From an uncultured Candidatus Saccharibacteria bacterium (lineage in GTDB: Bacteria; Patescibacteriota; Doudnabacteria; UBA920): a DNA stretch of 64,000 nt. A model generated the notes under the pieces. That model was not told the DNA's origin and ran no database searches. It saw only the letters and a list, made by a program, of their open reading frames with translations. The position numbers and the translations under genes are program-made. The stretch spans positions 407,253-471,252 of the forward strand of contig CAYQEU010000001.1 in NCBI GenBank assembly GCA_964416765.1, in the 5' to 3' direction. The first letter of the stretch is position 1. Each line of letters starts with the position of its first letter. Positions 43,647 through 54,339 of the stretch are shown here, in pieces.

Positions 43647-45341
43647 ATGTCATACCACGTTAAACCGCGCAAAGCCGGAAAACTTCATACCAAATTTATC
43701 TTTATCTCAGGAGGTGTTATTTCCTCCGTGGGCAAAGGTGTTACCACTTCTTCCATTGCCGCCCTCCTCGAATCCCGCGGTTATACCGTAGCTCCGGTTA
43801 AATGCGACGCCTATCTAAACGTTGACGCCGGCACCATCCGCCCCCAGGAACATGGCGAAGTGTTCGTAACTGATGATGGCATGGAAACCGACCAGGACAT
43901 CGGCAACTACGAGCGCTTCATGAACGATGACCTGTCTTCCGCTAACTACCTGACCAACGGGCAGATCTACAAAAAAATTATTGAGAAAGAACGCAATTTT
44001 GAGTACGACGGCGAAGACGTGGAAGTTGCCATGCACGTACCGGAAGAAATGATTCGCCGGTTCGAACTGGCAGCCAAGAAGCGCAAGGCTGATTTTGTGA
44101 TTGTGGAAATTGGCGGTACGGTAGGCGAATACCAGAACATTTTATTCATTGAAGCCAACCGCATTATGAAGTACCGCGATAACCGTGATGTCATCCACAT
44201 TCACGTCGGATATTTACCAACCCCGCCGAGCGTGGGGGAGATGAAATCCAAACCGGTACAGAACTCAGTAAAGCAATTGATTGCTTCCGGCATTCAGCCG
44301 GACTTCCTCATCGCGCGCGCCGAACAAACCATGGATGATCGCCGCAAGGAAACCCTGGCGTGGACCACGAATGTGCCCAAAGAAAACATCATTGCCGCTC
44401 CTAATGTTGATTCCATTTACCGCGTTCCGCTGAACTTTGATTCCCAAGGACTTACCGACAAGATCCTCAAAAAATTCAACATGACTGCCCGCCGCAAAGA
44501 CACCAGCGGCTGGAAAAAATTGGCCGACCGGATTACCAGCCTGCGCCGCTCCAAGAAAGCGGTGAAAATCGCTGTTGTGGGCAAATACTTCGAAACCGGC
44601 GCCTATAAGCTGGCTGATGTCTATATTTCCGTGGTAGAGGCCATCAAACACGCCAGTTGGGCCCAAAATACAGCTTTTGAGCTGGAATGGGTATCGAGCC
44701 TGCGAATAGAAAAAGAGGGCGCTAAAGCGGTTTTAGGAGGTTTTAACGGCATAGTAGTGCCAGGCGGGTTTGGCAGCCGCGGCACAGAGGGGATGATAGA
44801 AGCCATCAAATACGCCAGAACCAACAAAGTCCCTTATTTAGGGCTTTGCTACGGCATGCAAATGGCCACCATTGAATTTGCCCGCAACGTGGCCAGGCTC
44901 CGAAAGGCCAACACCACTGAAGTCGATGACGACAGCCCGCACCCGGTCATCCACATCATGCCTGACCAGGAAAAGAAATTGCTGAATCGGGAATACGGAG
45001 CGACCATGCGTCTTGGTGCCTGGGACTGTTTAATCAAGCGTGGCACTGTAACTGAAAAAGCTTACACCGCCGGCAAGTGGATTAAGAAGGGCGGCTCACC
45101 GAAAATTTCCGAACGCCACCGCCACCGTTTCGAGTTCAATAACACCTACCGCGAGCGCCTGGAAAAAGCCGGGCTTACTGTTTCGGGAACTTCCATGGAC
45201 GGACAACTGGTTGAAATCATTGAGCTGAAAGACCATCCGTTCTTTGTCGGTACTCAGTTCCATCCGGAATTCAAATCCAGACCGTTTGCACCGCACCCTC
45301 TGTTCACGGCGTTTATTGCCGCCACAGCAAAGCGAAAGTAG
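43647..45341 (+). CDS. pyrG: CTP synthase
   Basis: GGVISSVGKG, HGEVFVTDDG, GLCYGMQ, ERHRHR, QFHPEF. Confidence 0.98.
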   Translation: MSYHVKPRKAGKLHTKFIFISGGVISSVGKGVTTSSIAALLESRGYTVAPVKCDAYLNVDAGTIRPQEHGEVFVTDDGMETDQDIGNYERFMNDDLSSANYLTNGQIYKKIIEKERNFEYDGEDVEVAMHVPEEMIRRFELAAKKRKADFVIVEIGGTVGEYQNILFIEANRIMKYRDNRDVIHIHVGYLPTPPSVGEMKSKPVQNSVKQLIASGIQPDFLIARAEQTMDDRRKETLAWTTNVPKENIIAAPNVDSIYRVPLNFDSQGLTDKILKKFNMTARRKDTSGWKKLADRITSLRRSKKAVKIAVVGKYFETGAYKLADVYISVVEAIKHASWAQNTAFELEWVSSLRIEKEGAKAVLGGFNGIVVPGGFGSRGTEGMIEAIKYARTNKVPYLGLCYGMQMATIEFARNVARLRKANTTEVDDDSPHPVIHIMPDQEKKLLNREYGATMRLGAWDCLIKRGTVTEKAYTAGKWIKKGGSPKISERHRHRFEFNNTYRERLEKAGLTVSGTSMDGQLVEIIELKDHPFFVGTQFHPEFKSRPFAPHPLFTAFIAATAKRK

Positions 45342-45459
45342 CAAAAGTCCAGCAAAATACCATAACAATTACAGCCGGTTGCCAAAACCGGCTTTTTGTT
45401 GTATAATGCCGAAAGTTGAGAACAAAGATAGAAGTACGAATTTCGAAAGGGAGGACGGA

Positions 45460-46233
45460 ATGAAATACAGAAGAAAACGTAAAAGCAATGAATACCAGAA
45501 GCGTTCCCATATCAAATCCGCTGTTCCCGAACGGCGGCGCGACCCCGGCAAGGCAGGGGATTATTTTCAGAAGGCGGTAATCGAACTCGGCGAAGCCAGG
45601 GTGAGGAAAGCCATTGATTTACTCAAGGCATCCCTCTTTCACGACCGCGAGTTCGCCGAATCACACGCCCTGCTCGGCATGGCGTATATCTGCCTGGACC
45701 GTAACCGTCTAGGTATCAACCACTGCAACGAGGCGAACCGTCTTGGGCTGGCAAACTCCATGTGCATGCTGCACCTAATAGCGGCGCATGGCAGGCTCGG
45801 ACACATTGGAATGCAGCGCACCCTGATGTTCGTCGCGCTACAACGCTTCCCCGAAATCCGGGAAGACGTGGTAAACTGCTGCCTTGGGGTTTTTTACCAC
45901 CACTGGCACGATCATAACTTCCCCTTGGCGAAGTCCTGCGTTGAAACGCTTATCCAGCTCGACGGCTCGAGCATTCACTGGACGATGTACGCCCAATGCT
46001 GTCTGCGGATGGGACTTTACCAGGAGGCGTACGAGAACGCGTCGCTCGCCATAAACATGGACCCCTCGAACGGCGCGGCGTACCAAATTCGCGGCAAGCT
46101 TCTCCTACAGCTCGGTTATGCCGACCAGGCGATCCTGGAATTTTCCACGGCTCGCGCGAACGGTTATCACCACGAGGTGACGGACCTTTTGAGAACGTCG
46201 GTCAAAAACTGGGCGGCGCAAAACATCAACTAA
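45460..46233 (+). CDS. TPR-repeat protein
   Basis: TPR-like helices (AYQIRGKLLLQLG..DQA); GGAGG SD before ATG 45460. Confidence 0.7.
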   Translation: MKYRRKRKSNEYQKRSHIKSAVPERRRDPGKAGDYFQKAVIELGEARVRKAIDLLKASLFHDREFAESHALLGMAYICLDRNRLGINHCNEANRLGLANSMCMLHLIAAHGRLGHIGMQRTLMFVALQRFPEIREDVVNCCLGVFYHHWHDHNFPLAKSCVETLIQLDGSSIHWTMYAQCCLRMGLYQEAYENASLAINMDPSNGAAYQIRGKLLLQLGYADQAILEFSTARANGYHHEVTDLLRTSVKNWAAQNIN

Positions 46234-46250
46234 TTTTTTCTGTTTGGATA

Positions 46251-46287
46251 AAAAAATACCCTGTCATGGAGGAGACAGGGTATTTTT
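46251..46287. terminator. Bidirectional terminator between convergent TPR gene and rpmA
   Basis: AAAAATACCCTGTC...GACAGGGTATTTTT. Confidence 0.8.
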
Positions 46288-46293
46288 AATTGA

Positions 46294-46668
46294 TTACTTC
46301 GCGGCGGCGGCTTTCGCTTTTGGAGCAGCAGTTTTAGCCGGAGCCTTCGCGGCTGCTTTAGCGGCTGGCTTGGGAGCGGCTTTCGCTTCGCCGAGAGGGA
46401 CAACACTTACGACGCGAGTGCGGCGCAGGCCGCCATGGAACTTAGTCATCATTTTCTTCTGGAACTTGACGGTGCCGTCGATTACAGAATAGATGGTGGA
46501 ATCATCCGCCAGGCGGACATTCTTTCCTGGGTAGAATTTAGTACCGTGCTGGCGAATAATAATTTCGCCTTTGTTCACGCGCTGGTCGCCAAATATTTTG
46601 ACACCGAGGCGCTTGGAAACTGAGTCACGGCCAAGGGAGGTAGAGCCTCCCGCTTTCTTATGAGCCAT
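46294..46668 (-). CDS. rpmA: 50S ribosomal protein L27 with Ala/Lys/Pro C-terminal tail
   Basis: [21 protein letters not shown]. Confidence 0.97.
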   Translation of the reverse strand: MAHKKAGGSTSLGRDSVSKRLGVKIFGDQRVNKGEIIIRQHGTKFYPGKNVRLADDSTIYSVIDGTVKFQKKMMTKFHGGLRRTRVVSVVPLGEAKAAPKPAAKAAAKAPAKTAAPKAKAAAAK

Positions 46669-46680
46669 AGAATAACTTAA

Positions 46681-47973
46681 TTAAACTTTTTCAAATCGTA
46701 TGATTTCCCTGGCAACAATCTGGTCTTTCCGGTCATAGATAGCGGATCCGCGCTCTGTGAGCTTCAAAAATGGAAGCGAACCGGCCAAATTAGAAGGAAT
46801 CAAACTTGTAATATTGTACCCCAAATCCGCCATAAAGTCAAGGCTGGGGAACATTTCGTATTCCGTAGCGGTCTTTTTGTAGGCCGGCAGGCAGAGGATA
46901 ACGGAGCCTTTTTTCGGAAGAAATTTTGCCCATTCCTGGAAAGAGTTTTTGTACAGTTGGGTGAGAGCCTTAAAATTCTCTTCAATATCTTTTTTGTCGG
47001 GGTATTTGGAGTACATGGGACCGAGATTGCCTTCAGTAACAATGGCGCCAATCTGCTTAAACGCCTGGATGCCAATGAGTTTTTGCACAGTCTCGCTGAC
47101 TTTCTGGGCGTCCGAAATTTCCAAGTGGTATTTGCCTTTGGGAATCTTGTAGCGGTTACGGAACCACTCCAGGTTTTTTTCGCTGCCGGCAATGGCGACG
47201 GGGTCAATGTCAGTGCCAAGCATCTTGTGTCCCTGCAGAACGCCTTCCTGGACTAAAGTGCCAAGACCGCAGAACGGGTCGAGCATGGCGTCCGAAATTT
47301 TTGCGTCCGCGTAATTGAGCATCATCTGGGCAACCTTGGGGGGAATCATGCCGCGGCGGTCATCGCGCACCGGACGCTGGTAATCACGGCGGCCGTAATC
47401 CTCAAAGTCCTGGACCACCAAAGTCTTGGCGGCGTAAATCTTTTCGGAAGCAGCGAGGATGCAAATTTCAGCGCCTTTGTTTAGCAGGCCATTCTTGGTT
47501 ACAACCACGGAAGCAAGTGCCAACGAATTGAACTCGGGCAGGACTAGACGAATAGAGGAGCCGTTGTCCTGCATGGCGCGCTTAATGAACATGCCAATGC
47601 GCTTCGGTTCGCCGAACGCTTTAGCCTCCATGTCTATTAGGTACACGCTAACACCAAACTGGATCTTACCAGTGTAATTTTTTAGAAAATCCTTTTTGAT
47701 GCGTGACGGGCGGAAGTAATGCTGCAAAGCGAAATTGATGGAGTCCTGGGGCCGCTTGCGTAGCGTGTCTACGACTTTCAATATCTTAATAGTGCCGCCG
47801 AGCATCTTCTGCCACTTTTCCGGGTCGAGCGTGCTCTCTGATTCAACCACCAACACTTCGGGTGACGCGTCAACAACCTTAACTTCGAAATTATGCTTCT
47901 TAAACAGGGTGAACAACTCAGCGAGGGATAGAGTATGAACCCGTCCCAAAACAAAAGCGTAAGTGTTAGTCAT
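46681..47973 (-). CDS. Trm11/Trm14-like SAM-dependent RNA methyltransferase
   Basis: PPKVAQMMLN, LDPFCGLGT..QEG, GTDID. Confidence 0.75.
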   Translation of the reverse strand: MTNTYAFVLGRVHTLSLAELFTLFKKHNFEVKVVDASPEVLVVESESTLDPEKWQKMLGGTIKILKVVDTLRKRPQDSINFALQHYFRPSRIKKDFLKNYTGKIQFGVSVYLIDMEAKAFGEPKRIGMFIKRAMQDNGSSIRLVLPEFNSLALASVVVTKNGLLNKGAEICILAASEKIYAAKTLVVQDFEDYGRRDYQRPVRDDRRGMIPPKVAQMMLNYADAKISDAMLDPFCGLGTLVQEGVLQGHKMLGTDIDPVAIAGSEKNLEWFRNRYKIPKGKYHLEISDAQKVSETVQKLIGIQAFKQIGAIVTEGNLGPMYSKYPDKKDIEENFKALTQLYKNSFQEWAKFLPKKGSVILCLPAYKKTATEYEMFPSLDFMADLGYNITSLIPSNLAGSLPFLKLTERGSAIYDRKDQIVAREIIRFEKV

Positions 47974-48061
47974 ATAACTTAAGTGTGCCTCTTATAAATT
48001 TCAGTGGTTATTCTTTATAAATTATAGCACTTTTGCCGTGTTTTTGTTACCATTTATACAT

Positions 48062-49309
48062 ATGGAAAAACTTAGTCCCGCCAAGAAATTAATCTATTTG
48101 GACAATGCCGCAACAACCCCGATTGACCGGGCGGTTTTGCGCGCAATGCAGCCGTATTTAACCGAACAATACGGCAACCCTTCCAGCCTTTACCGAATCG
48201 GCCAGCAGGCACAGGAAGCCATAAGCAAGTCTAGAAAAGCGATTGCTGATATTTTGCAGGCCCAGCCAAGGGAAATTATCTTTACCGCGGGCGGTACGGA
48301 AAGCGTAAATCTCGCTATTCTGGGCGTAGCGCACGAATATGAATTAAAGAATAAGAAAAAGGGCCACATGATAACTAGCGCCATTGAACACCACGCCGTA
48401 TTGCATACGGTCGGCGCACTTAAAGAGGAAGGGTGGGCAGTCACTTTAGTAGATTCGGATAAAAACGGTCTGGTAAGTGTGGAGAGCATAAAGAAGGCCA
48501 TACGGAAGGACACCGTACTTGTTTCTATAATGTACGCGAACAATGAAGTCGGAACTATCCAAAATATACCAGACATTGGCAAGCTAGTTGCCGGAGTGAA
48601 CAGGGTACGGTTAAGCAAAAAGTTACCGCGCATATTTTTTCACAGTGATGCCTGCCAAGCAGGCAATAGCCTTGACCTAAATACTTTCAAACTCGGTGTG
48701 GACTTGCTATCCGTCAACGGCAGCAAGATTTACGGACCGAAACAAATTGGATTTCTTTACGCGCGTTCGGGTACGCCCTTGCGGCCCATAGTATTTGGGG
48801 GCGGCCAGGAAAAAAATATGAGAAGCGGAACGGAGAACGTCGCGGGCGTAGTAGGTTTGGCAAAAGCTTTGGAACTGGCACAGAGGAATAGACTTCAGGA
48901 AAATGCACGGACGAAAAAACTAAGGGACACTTTTCTTACGCAACTTCTTAAATCTGTTTCCGGGGTAACATTGAACGGACCGGATGACCATAAATTGAAA
49001 CTGGATAAACAAAAATTCAACGAAGGGATGCAGCGTTTACCAAATAACATAAATGTTTCGGTAAAAGGAATAGAAGGGGAAGTGCTTTTATTTTACTTAG
49101 ACGGATACAACATTGCGGTGTCTACGGGCAGCGCCTGCTCATCATCTTCACCCGACCCCTCGCATGTAATTTTGGGTTTGGGCAAAAAAAAGGCGGATGC
49201 GTTCAGCAGCCTTCGCATCACCCTGGGAAAGCAAACCATGAAGAACGAACTGGATTACGTGCTGAAAGTTATCAAAGCTATCGTTAAGCAGGAAAGGGAA
49301 CTGAAATAA
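48062..49309 (+). CDS. iscS: Cysteine desulfurase (IscS/NifS family)
   Basis: YLDNAATTP, GNPSS, IEHHAV, NNEVGTIQ, KIYGPK, RSGTENV, STGSACS. Confidence 0.92.
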   Translation: MEKLSPAKKLIYLDNAATTPIDRAVLRAMQPYLTEQYGNPSSLYRIGQQAQEAISKSRKAIADILQAQPREIIFTAGGTESVNLAILGVAHEYELKNKKKGHMITSAIEHHAVLHTVGALKEEGWAVTLVDSDKNGLVSVESIKKAIRKDTVLVSIMYANNEVGTIQNIPDIGKLVAGVNRVRLSKKLPRIFFHSDACQAGNSLDLNTFKLGVDLLSVNGSKIYGPKQIGFLYARSGTPLRPIVFGGGQEKNMRSGTENVAGVVGLAKALELAQRNRLQENARTKKLRDTFLTQLLKSVSGVTLNGPDDHKLKLDKQKFNEGMQRLPNNINVSVKGIEGEVLLFYLDGYNIAVSTGSACSSSSPDPSHVILGLGKKKADAFSSLRITLGKQTMKNELDYVLKVIKAIVKQERELK

Positions 49310-49310
49310 C

Positions 49311-49472
49311 ATGCCGATAGACAACAACCTACCTCCCTTTCTGCGAGACGAACTAAAACGAATAGAGGAGGAAGCCCGGGAAAACTTAAGGGAACTAGCG
49401 GAAGAACGGCTTCGTTTAACCCATAATTTTGATGATGCCGCCATGGATAGCATTAGAAAACAACTCTCATGA
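49311..49472 (+). CDS. Small helical protein (53 aa, not in the ORF track)
   Basis: ATG 49311 to TGA 49472, ATGA overlap with the next gene. Confidence 0.55.
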   Translation: MPIDNNLPPFLRDELKRIEEEARENLRELAEERLRLTHNFDDAAMDSIRKQLS

Positions 49473-51313
49473 AGGAAACCGAACTCCACGAACCGGGGAG
49501 CGATTTTGAGCAGGAGCTAGAAACTCCGGAAACTGCCGAAACCACAGAAACGGCGGAGACTTTAGATGCGGCCGAAGGAAAAGAACGGATCGGCACGGTA
49601 CGATCCTGGGTGGGCCAAAAATTTGGGGAACTGGCCAATGTTTTGCGCAAAGACGTTCAATTGAACGAGGAGATGTTTGAAAAGCTTAAGCCCCAAATCG
49701 AAGAAAACAGACGAGCCCAAATAGCGGAATTAAACGGAAGAGTGTTAGCATTGCTGGAACGGACGGAGAATGTGGAAAAGTATTACGACGAACAGTTGGA
49801 TGAGCTGGAGCGGCTAAGCGCGCTTAAAGCCGAAGAATACGTAAACATTTCGCCGGAGGATTTCAAAAATCTGCCCCGCATGGACAAACGGGTTTTAGTC
49901 AGCGAAGGCTTGCTCAGCAAAATTATTGATCAAACTGACGATCCAGAAGCACTCATTGGGTGGACCGGGGTAACCATGGCTTACGAAAGAAAATATATTG
50001 ACCAGATTACAGAGAAGATAGCGCGGCAAGCGGCCAAAGAATATGGTGAACCAAATACCCGGGACGATTGGAAGCTATTGTCTAACCCCGCGTACGAAAA
50101 ACTTAAAGTCATGAGAGGAAGCTCTCATGACAAGGAGAAGGCAATCTACCGCCGGGAAGCCAATGAAAAAATGGATAAGGAAACAGCCGCCCAATTCTTC
50201 CAATGGCAATTTGAAGATGGAAATTATAACGGCGATTTACGCACACTGGGGAATTACATAAAATACGTGCCCGAAGCAGAGAGGGACCCCGAACTTATAG
50301 CGCAAGCCAAGGCGGCCATAAATGAAAAGTACTGGAATATACATTCCGGGAACAGAAACTACGAGCAGCTGGTAGAGCAGATAGACAACTTGGATTCGCC
50401 GGTATCAAAAGTGTTGCAGGCGTTGTGGCAAGGTGAAATGGGCATTCAGCCCTTTGGATCACGCATGGACACAATGGGAAAACAGGTGCGGTTAATTGAA
50501 CGGATGAGAGAGATTATTGGAGACCCGGAACGTGGCCCAAAATATTTGGATTATTTTGTAAAAAAATGCGGCATCACCAACCTAGACCGTTACCCCATGA
50601 GTATGCTGGATGGGGTATACAAAGACCGTGACAATAAAGACAAGCCGTATGGCCTCATGGTGCTGGCGCGGGCGGACGAAAACCAGGCGTTCAGCAAAGA
50701 CAACGAAACATACGAGGAGTTCTATAAGTCCCTGGAAGCAAATGGGCAGCGGTTGCTTTTGGCAGAAGCGGGGAGTGACCGTGAATTGCTGGCAGCCATT
50801 AAGAACGCAACCACTCGGCAGGGAGGAAAAAAAATCGGGTTTATGCTGGTCGGCGGCCACGGCAGCCCGGATAGCATCCAACTTGGCGAAGGCGAAACGG
50901 TTTACCGGCAAACCCCAAAGCGCCGCTTTGATTATGAACAAGATAATGACACCCACATTCGCATGACAGTCCGCGCCGCCCGAAAGTACGTGGAACCAGG
51001 AGCGGAAGTTATGGCTTTGTCATGCTCCACCGGAGCCAAAACTGACAAATACACTTATCCCATTGCCGAATCCACCGCCCGCCGAACTGGCTGGACCACT
51101 CACGGATTTAGCAGGCCCTTAGGGTTTAATAACTTAAAATCCCACATCAAGGAAGACGGCAGAGTAGGGCTTACCGTAGATGTACACGATGGCCCTCTCT
51201 CTATCCATGAAAGGGAAAAGTTCAAGGGAGCTCCCGCGCGGGTTAATACCTTCAAATACGAAAACTTCAAGGCCGAAAGCTACGATTACCTAGCCAAAGC
51301 GGACAAAAAATAA
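49469..51313 (+). CDS. Hypothetical protein with C-terminal caspase-hemoglobinase-like His/Cys motif
   Basis: Acidic N-terminus, coiled coil, then FMLVGGHGS...VMALSCSTG. Confidence 0.55.
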   Translation: MKETELHEPGSDFEQELETPETAETTETAETLDAAEGKERIGTVRSWVGQKFGELANVLRKDVQLNEEMFEKLKPQIEENRRAQIAELNGRVLALLERTENVEKYYDEQLDELERLSALKAEEYVNISPEDFKNLPRMDKRVLVSEGLLSKIIDQTDDPEALIGWTGVTMAYERKYIDQITEKIARQAAKEYGEPNTRDDWKLLSNPAYEKLKVMRGSSHDKEKAIYRREANEKMDKETAAQFFQWQFEDGNYNGDLRTLGNYIKYVPEAERDPELIAQAKAAINEKYWNIHSGNRNYEQLVEQIDNLDSPVSKVLQALWQGEMGIQPFGSRMDTMGKQVRLIERMREIIGDPERGPKYLDYFVKKCGITNLDRYPMSMLDGVYKDRDNKDKPYGLMVLARADENQAFSKDNETYEEFYKSLEANGQRLLLAEAGSDRELLAAIKNATTRQGGKKIGFMLVGGHGSPDSIQLGEGETVYRQTPKRRFDYEQDNDTHIRMTVRAARKYVEPGAEVMALSCSTGAKTDKYTYPIAESTARRTGWTTHGFSRPLGFNNLKSHIKEDGRVGLTVDVHDGPLSIHEREKFKGAPARVNTFKYENFKAESYDYLAKADKK

Positions 51314-51756
51314 TCCCCAAATACCCCTTGCCAAAACTAATAGGTATGGCATAATCCTCCATAGCATATCCAGGAACTGTCCTGGGTAGGCGAGAAAGGG
51401 ACTTCGTCTTCAGACGTTAACTAAGGGGGATTATCGTATTAACAAAACGGATGACTTGCTTGTGCTTGCGGCGTTAGCCGTTGTGGTTGTCTTGTCACTT
51501 TTCTTGCTCATAAAATTTTTGGTCGCACCCAGCCGACCCGTCGAAACCACCAAATGGTGGAAAAAGCTTGAAGAGCGATACGGCAACAAAGACTGATTGT
51601 TATTACCCGAAAACGGTTTCCACTTCCCGGAGACCGTTTTCTTTTTGTATCCGCCGACGATTGACCAGGCGGGGGAAATAGGGTAGAATATCCCCAATCC
51701 AAAGAAGGGTTAATGGCTTGCGCAAGTGGGTCATATTTTTTGATGAGGTGAAAATT

Positions 51757-52257
51757 ATGTTTATCAGACTGAAAATATTTACCAGCTTCGGCATGAACGC
51801 CGCCGCCTTGGGCTTCCTGAAAGGCTCAACGCTGGTAAACCGCATTAAGGAAGAAGTATTGCCTGTGTTGCTCGACATCCCAGTCGAGCAAGCCAAGCAA
51901 CTGACTGATGCCGACTTCATGGTCGTCGTCGAACCATCCGCCAACCCCAGCCTGCCGCACGGCATCCGCGACCCCAAGCACGTCCCGGTTATCGTCGCCA
52001 GAATGAACGGGGTTCCCGCCCGTCCTGAAGATAACGCCGCCGCCCGCGCGCTCCATAATATCATCCTCTCCGGGGTTGCCGAGAACATCTCGACGAACCA
52101 GGAGGTGGAAGTAAAAACCATCTTGAAGAAGGATGGGGAACGCGAAGCCCCGGAACTCAAAGACCGGGTCAAAGGCAAGATAAACCACAACTCCGCCGGC
52201 GCCTTCGGCTGGCGAAGCCGTGGTTCAACCAACAAGGAGCGAGAACGGGTCTCCTAA
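51757..52257 (+). CDS. Hypothetical protein
   Basis: GAGGTG SD before ATG 51757; downstream hairpin. Confidence 0.6.
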   Translation: MFIRLKIFTSFGMNAAALGFLKGSTLVNRIKEEVLPVLLDIPVEQAKQLTDADFMVVVEPSANPSLPHGIRDPKHVPVIVARMNGVPARPEDNAAARALHNIILSGVAENISTNQEVEVKTILKKDGEREAPELKDRVKGKINHNSAGAFGWRSRGSTNKERERVS

Positions 52258-52312
52258 CCCTCACGCAAGCAATAACGATAAAGAGCAAGACACTACGGTG
52301 ACTTGCTCTTTA

Positions 52313-52627
52313 TTATTCGAGAAGGACTAACTGATGTTCGCTAATGCCATATTCGGCTTCGCAAGAATCGCACACGAGCGTAGGTTCCGTCACGCGTTCG
52401 AAACTGACTTGTTCCAAATTGCCATCTAGGCACATCACACATTCTCGTCCAATGTTATCGGTTAGCTCCACGAAACAGGTAAGGCTGATCGTGGAGACTT
52501 CGTCGTCCGAACGGGCGATATACAACAATTTGTTTGCCTTATCAGCTTTGAGCAGAATTGTCCGCTCTGGCCCGACATCAAACGACGTCCATCCTCCTGC
52601 CTCGTCTTTCATACCCAATACCTCCAA
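52313..52627 (-). CDS. Hypothetical protein with C-terminal zinc ribbon
   Basis: CVMC...CDSC. Confidence 0.5.
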   Translation of the reverse strand: MEVLGMKDEAGGWTSFDVGPERTILLKADKANKLLYIARSDDEVSTISLTCFVELTDNIGRECVMCLDGNLEQVSFERVTEPTLVCDSCEAEYGISEHQLVLLE

Positions 52628-52769
52628 GTATGAGTAAGTATAGGGAAAAACCCTAAACTTGACAAATCCTCTATAATGTGTTTAAATACTATGTTGAGTG
52701 CGCGTGCATTCAATTTTTTACAAACAAAAAGCAATACACAACAAAACTAGACTTGGAGGGTCATAGAGT

Positions 52770-53504
52770 ATGTTTAGATTTGGAAAGCGTAAGAAAAATC
52801 CTACGCTAACCGTTGAAGTAGAAATTTTGTCGGAAACAGTATTCCCGACATTCGCCGTCATCAATTTCGACCTCGGGGGAGATAAGGTTTCCCGGGACAT
52901 CCCGTTCGCCAACAAATCCAATTTGTTAGCTTACTTAAATTGGATTAAGGAGCAAAACGGGCTGGATATTTTGAAAGCGATAACGATAGACACGGAGTCG
53001 GTGGACCGGGCAATTAAAAAGGTTCAGGATTCAAAACTCCCGGACGACCCGTTTTCGTTTACCTCGCCCTTCTTCGCTACTGGCTCAGCCAGCGCGTATG
53101 AGGAGCGTGAGCCGCAACCCATCTCGGTTCGGCAATGCGAAAGCGACCGCAACGACAGTTGGAAACACGCCTACCTTTACAACGCCTACGGCGACAAACT
53201 GCGGAACACCCAGTTCTCAAGCCTCGTCTCAGGTCGCGGATTACTCGATAAGCTGGCAACCGCCGGTCTCATCAGCAAAGAGGAAGACGCGGAATTGCGC
53301 GTCCAGCTCGAAAAGCTCGACCTGCCCGAATCCGAACAGGAAGAAGGCGAGTGCGACCGGCAACAGCAACGGTTTGCGGAACTTTGTTCCGAAGACCAGC
53401 GCGAGGATTTCGCCGACAGCATCCGGTCGTCATCGGAGCAGGGTTCGCCCTTCATCGGCGGATTCACGATAGTCATCACCAGCAGCGAGGACAACATCTT
53501 TTAA
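52770..53504 (+). CDS. Hypothetical protein
   Basis: GGAGG SD, 244-aa ORF. Confidence 0.6.
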   Translation: MFRFGKRKKNPTLTVEVEILSETVFPTFAVINFDLGGDKVSRDIPFANKSNLLAYLNWIKEQNGLDILKAITIDTESVDRAIKKVQDSKLPDDPFSFTSPFFATGSASAYEEREPQPISVRQCESDRNDSWKHAYLYNAYGDKLRNTQFSSLVSGRGLLDKLATAGLISKEEDAELRVQLEKLDLPESEQEEGECDRQQQRFAELCSEDQREDFADSIRSSSEQGSPFIGGFTIVITSSEDNIF

Positions 53505-53649
53505 CCTCGTTCGACATTACCCGCCATATTTCCTTCATACCTAAATACTCACAAACCGAAAACAGCCAAGTCATACCCCTTTGACCTGGCTGTTTTTCAT
53601 TTATCACCCCGGTAAACAAAAATGCCCCCTTGCGGGGGCATTCTAACGA

Positions 53650-53850
53650 TTATGCTCGTTTAACGTTTATCGCGTTTTTTCCTTTAGGAGAATCCTCAGT
53701 ATCGAAGGTGACTTTGTCGCCTGGCTTGAGTTCTTCTAATGTCAGATCAGCGAGAGAATTTCTGTGGAAGAAAAGATCCTTATCTTCGCCGTCTACGCTT
53801 ATAAAGCCGAAGCCTTTATCTTCTACAACTTTCTTGATCGTACCGTTCAT
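53650..53850 (-). CDS. Cold-shock domain protein
   Basis: KGFGFI (RNP1), DLFFH (RNP2), KGKNA.NV. Confidence 0.93.
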   Translation of the reverse strand: MNGTIKKVVEDKGFGFISVDGEDKDLFFHRNSLADLTLEELKPGDKVTFDTEDSPKGKNAINVKRA

Positions 53851-54034
53851 AGTTGAAATATTAGTGAGTTAAAGCAATTAAATATGTTGGCGAAACTCGA
53901 CTAAATTTCAAATCATATAACTTTGCTTTTTAATAATACCAAATATTTATAAAAAAGTCAAGTATAGGTTGAATAGCCTCAATAGCTATTATACTCATTA
54001 AAAGCTATACTTACCCTATAAAGGAAAGGATAAT

Positions 54035-54220
54035 ATGGCTTTTGAATCAATTGTGTTTCCGTTTGATAAGGATTTTAAGGATTTCGAAAGGGCAGTAGGG
54101 GAGATTATAGCATTGCGGGCTGAAGTAGAAATGATTCGAAGCGTGCTTATGGAAAATGGCCAGAGGGATGTAATCAAAAAAGCGGAACGGAATATGTATA
54201 AGCGTTTGGGTAGCAAATAG
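54035..54220 (+). CDS. Small hypothetical protein
   Basis: AAAGGA SD, ATG, terminator directly after the stop. Confidence 0.55.
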   Translation: MAFESIVFPFDKDFKDFERAVGEIIALRAEVEMIRSVLMENGQRDVIKKAERNMYKRLGSK

Positions 54221-54249
54221 AAAAACCCGCCCTTGGAGGGCGGGTTTTT
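54221..54249. terminator. Bidirectional terminator
   Basis: AAAAACCCGCCCT-TGG-AGGGCGGGTTTTT. Confidence 0.85.
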
Positions 54250-54252
54250 AAT

Positions 54253-54339
54253 TTAGGCAGCAGTGGCACCATCTGCGGGCTTTTGTTCCGCAGGAGTGTT
54301 CGGCGTAGCCGGGGTGGGGTTAGTATTTTCTTCAGCCAT
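54253..54339 (-). CDS. 28-aa peptide MAEENTNPTPATPNTPAEQKPADGATAA
   Basis: AAAGGA SD, TTGACA-17-CATAAT promoter (54453-54425), terminator immediately downstream. Confidence 0.55.
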   Translation of the reverse strand: MAEENTNPTPATPNTPAEQKPADGATAA

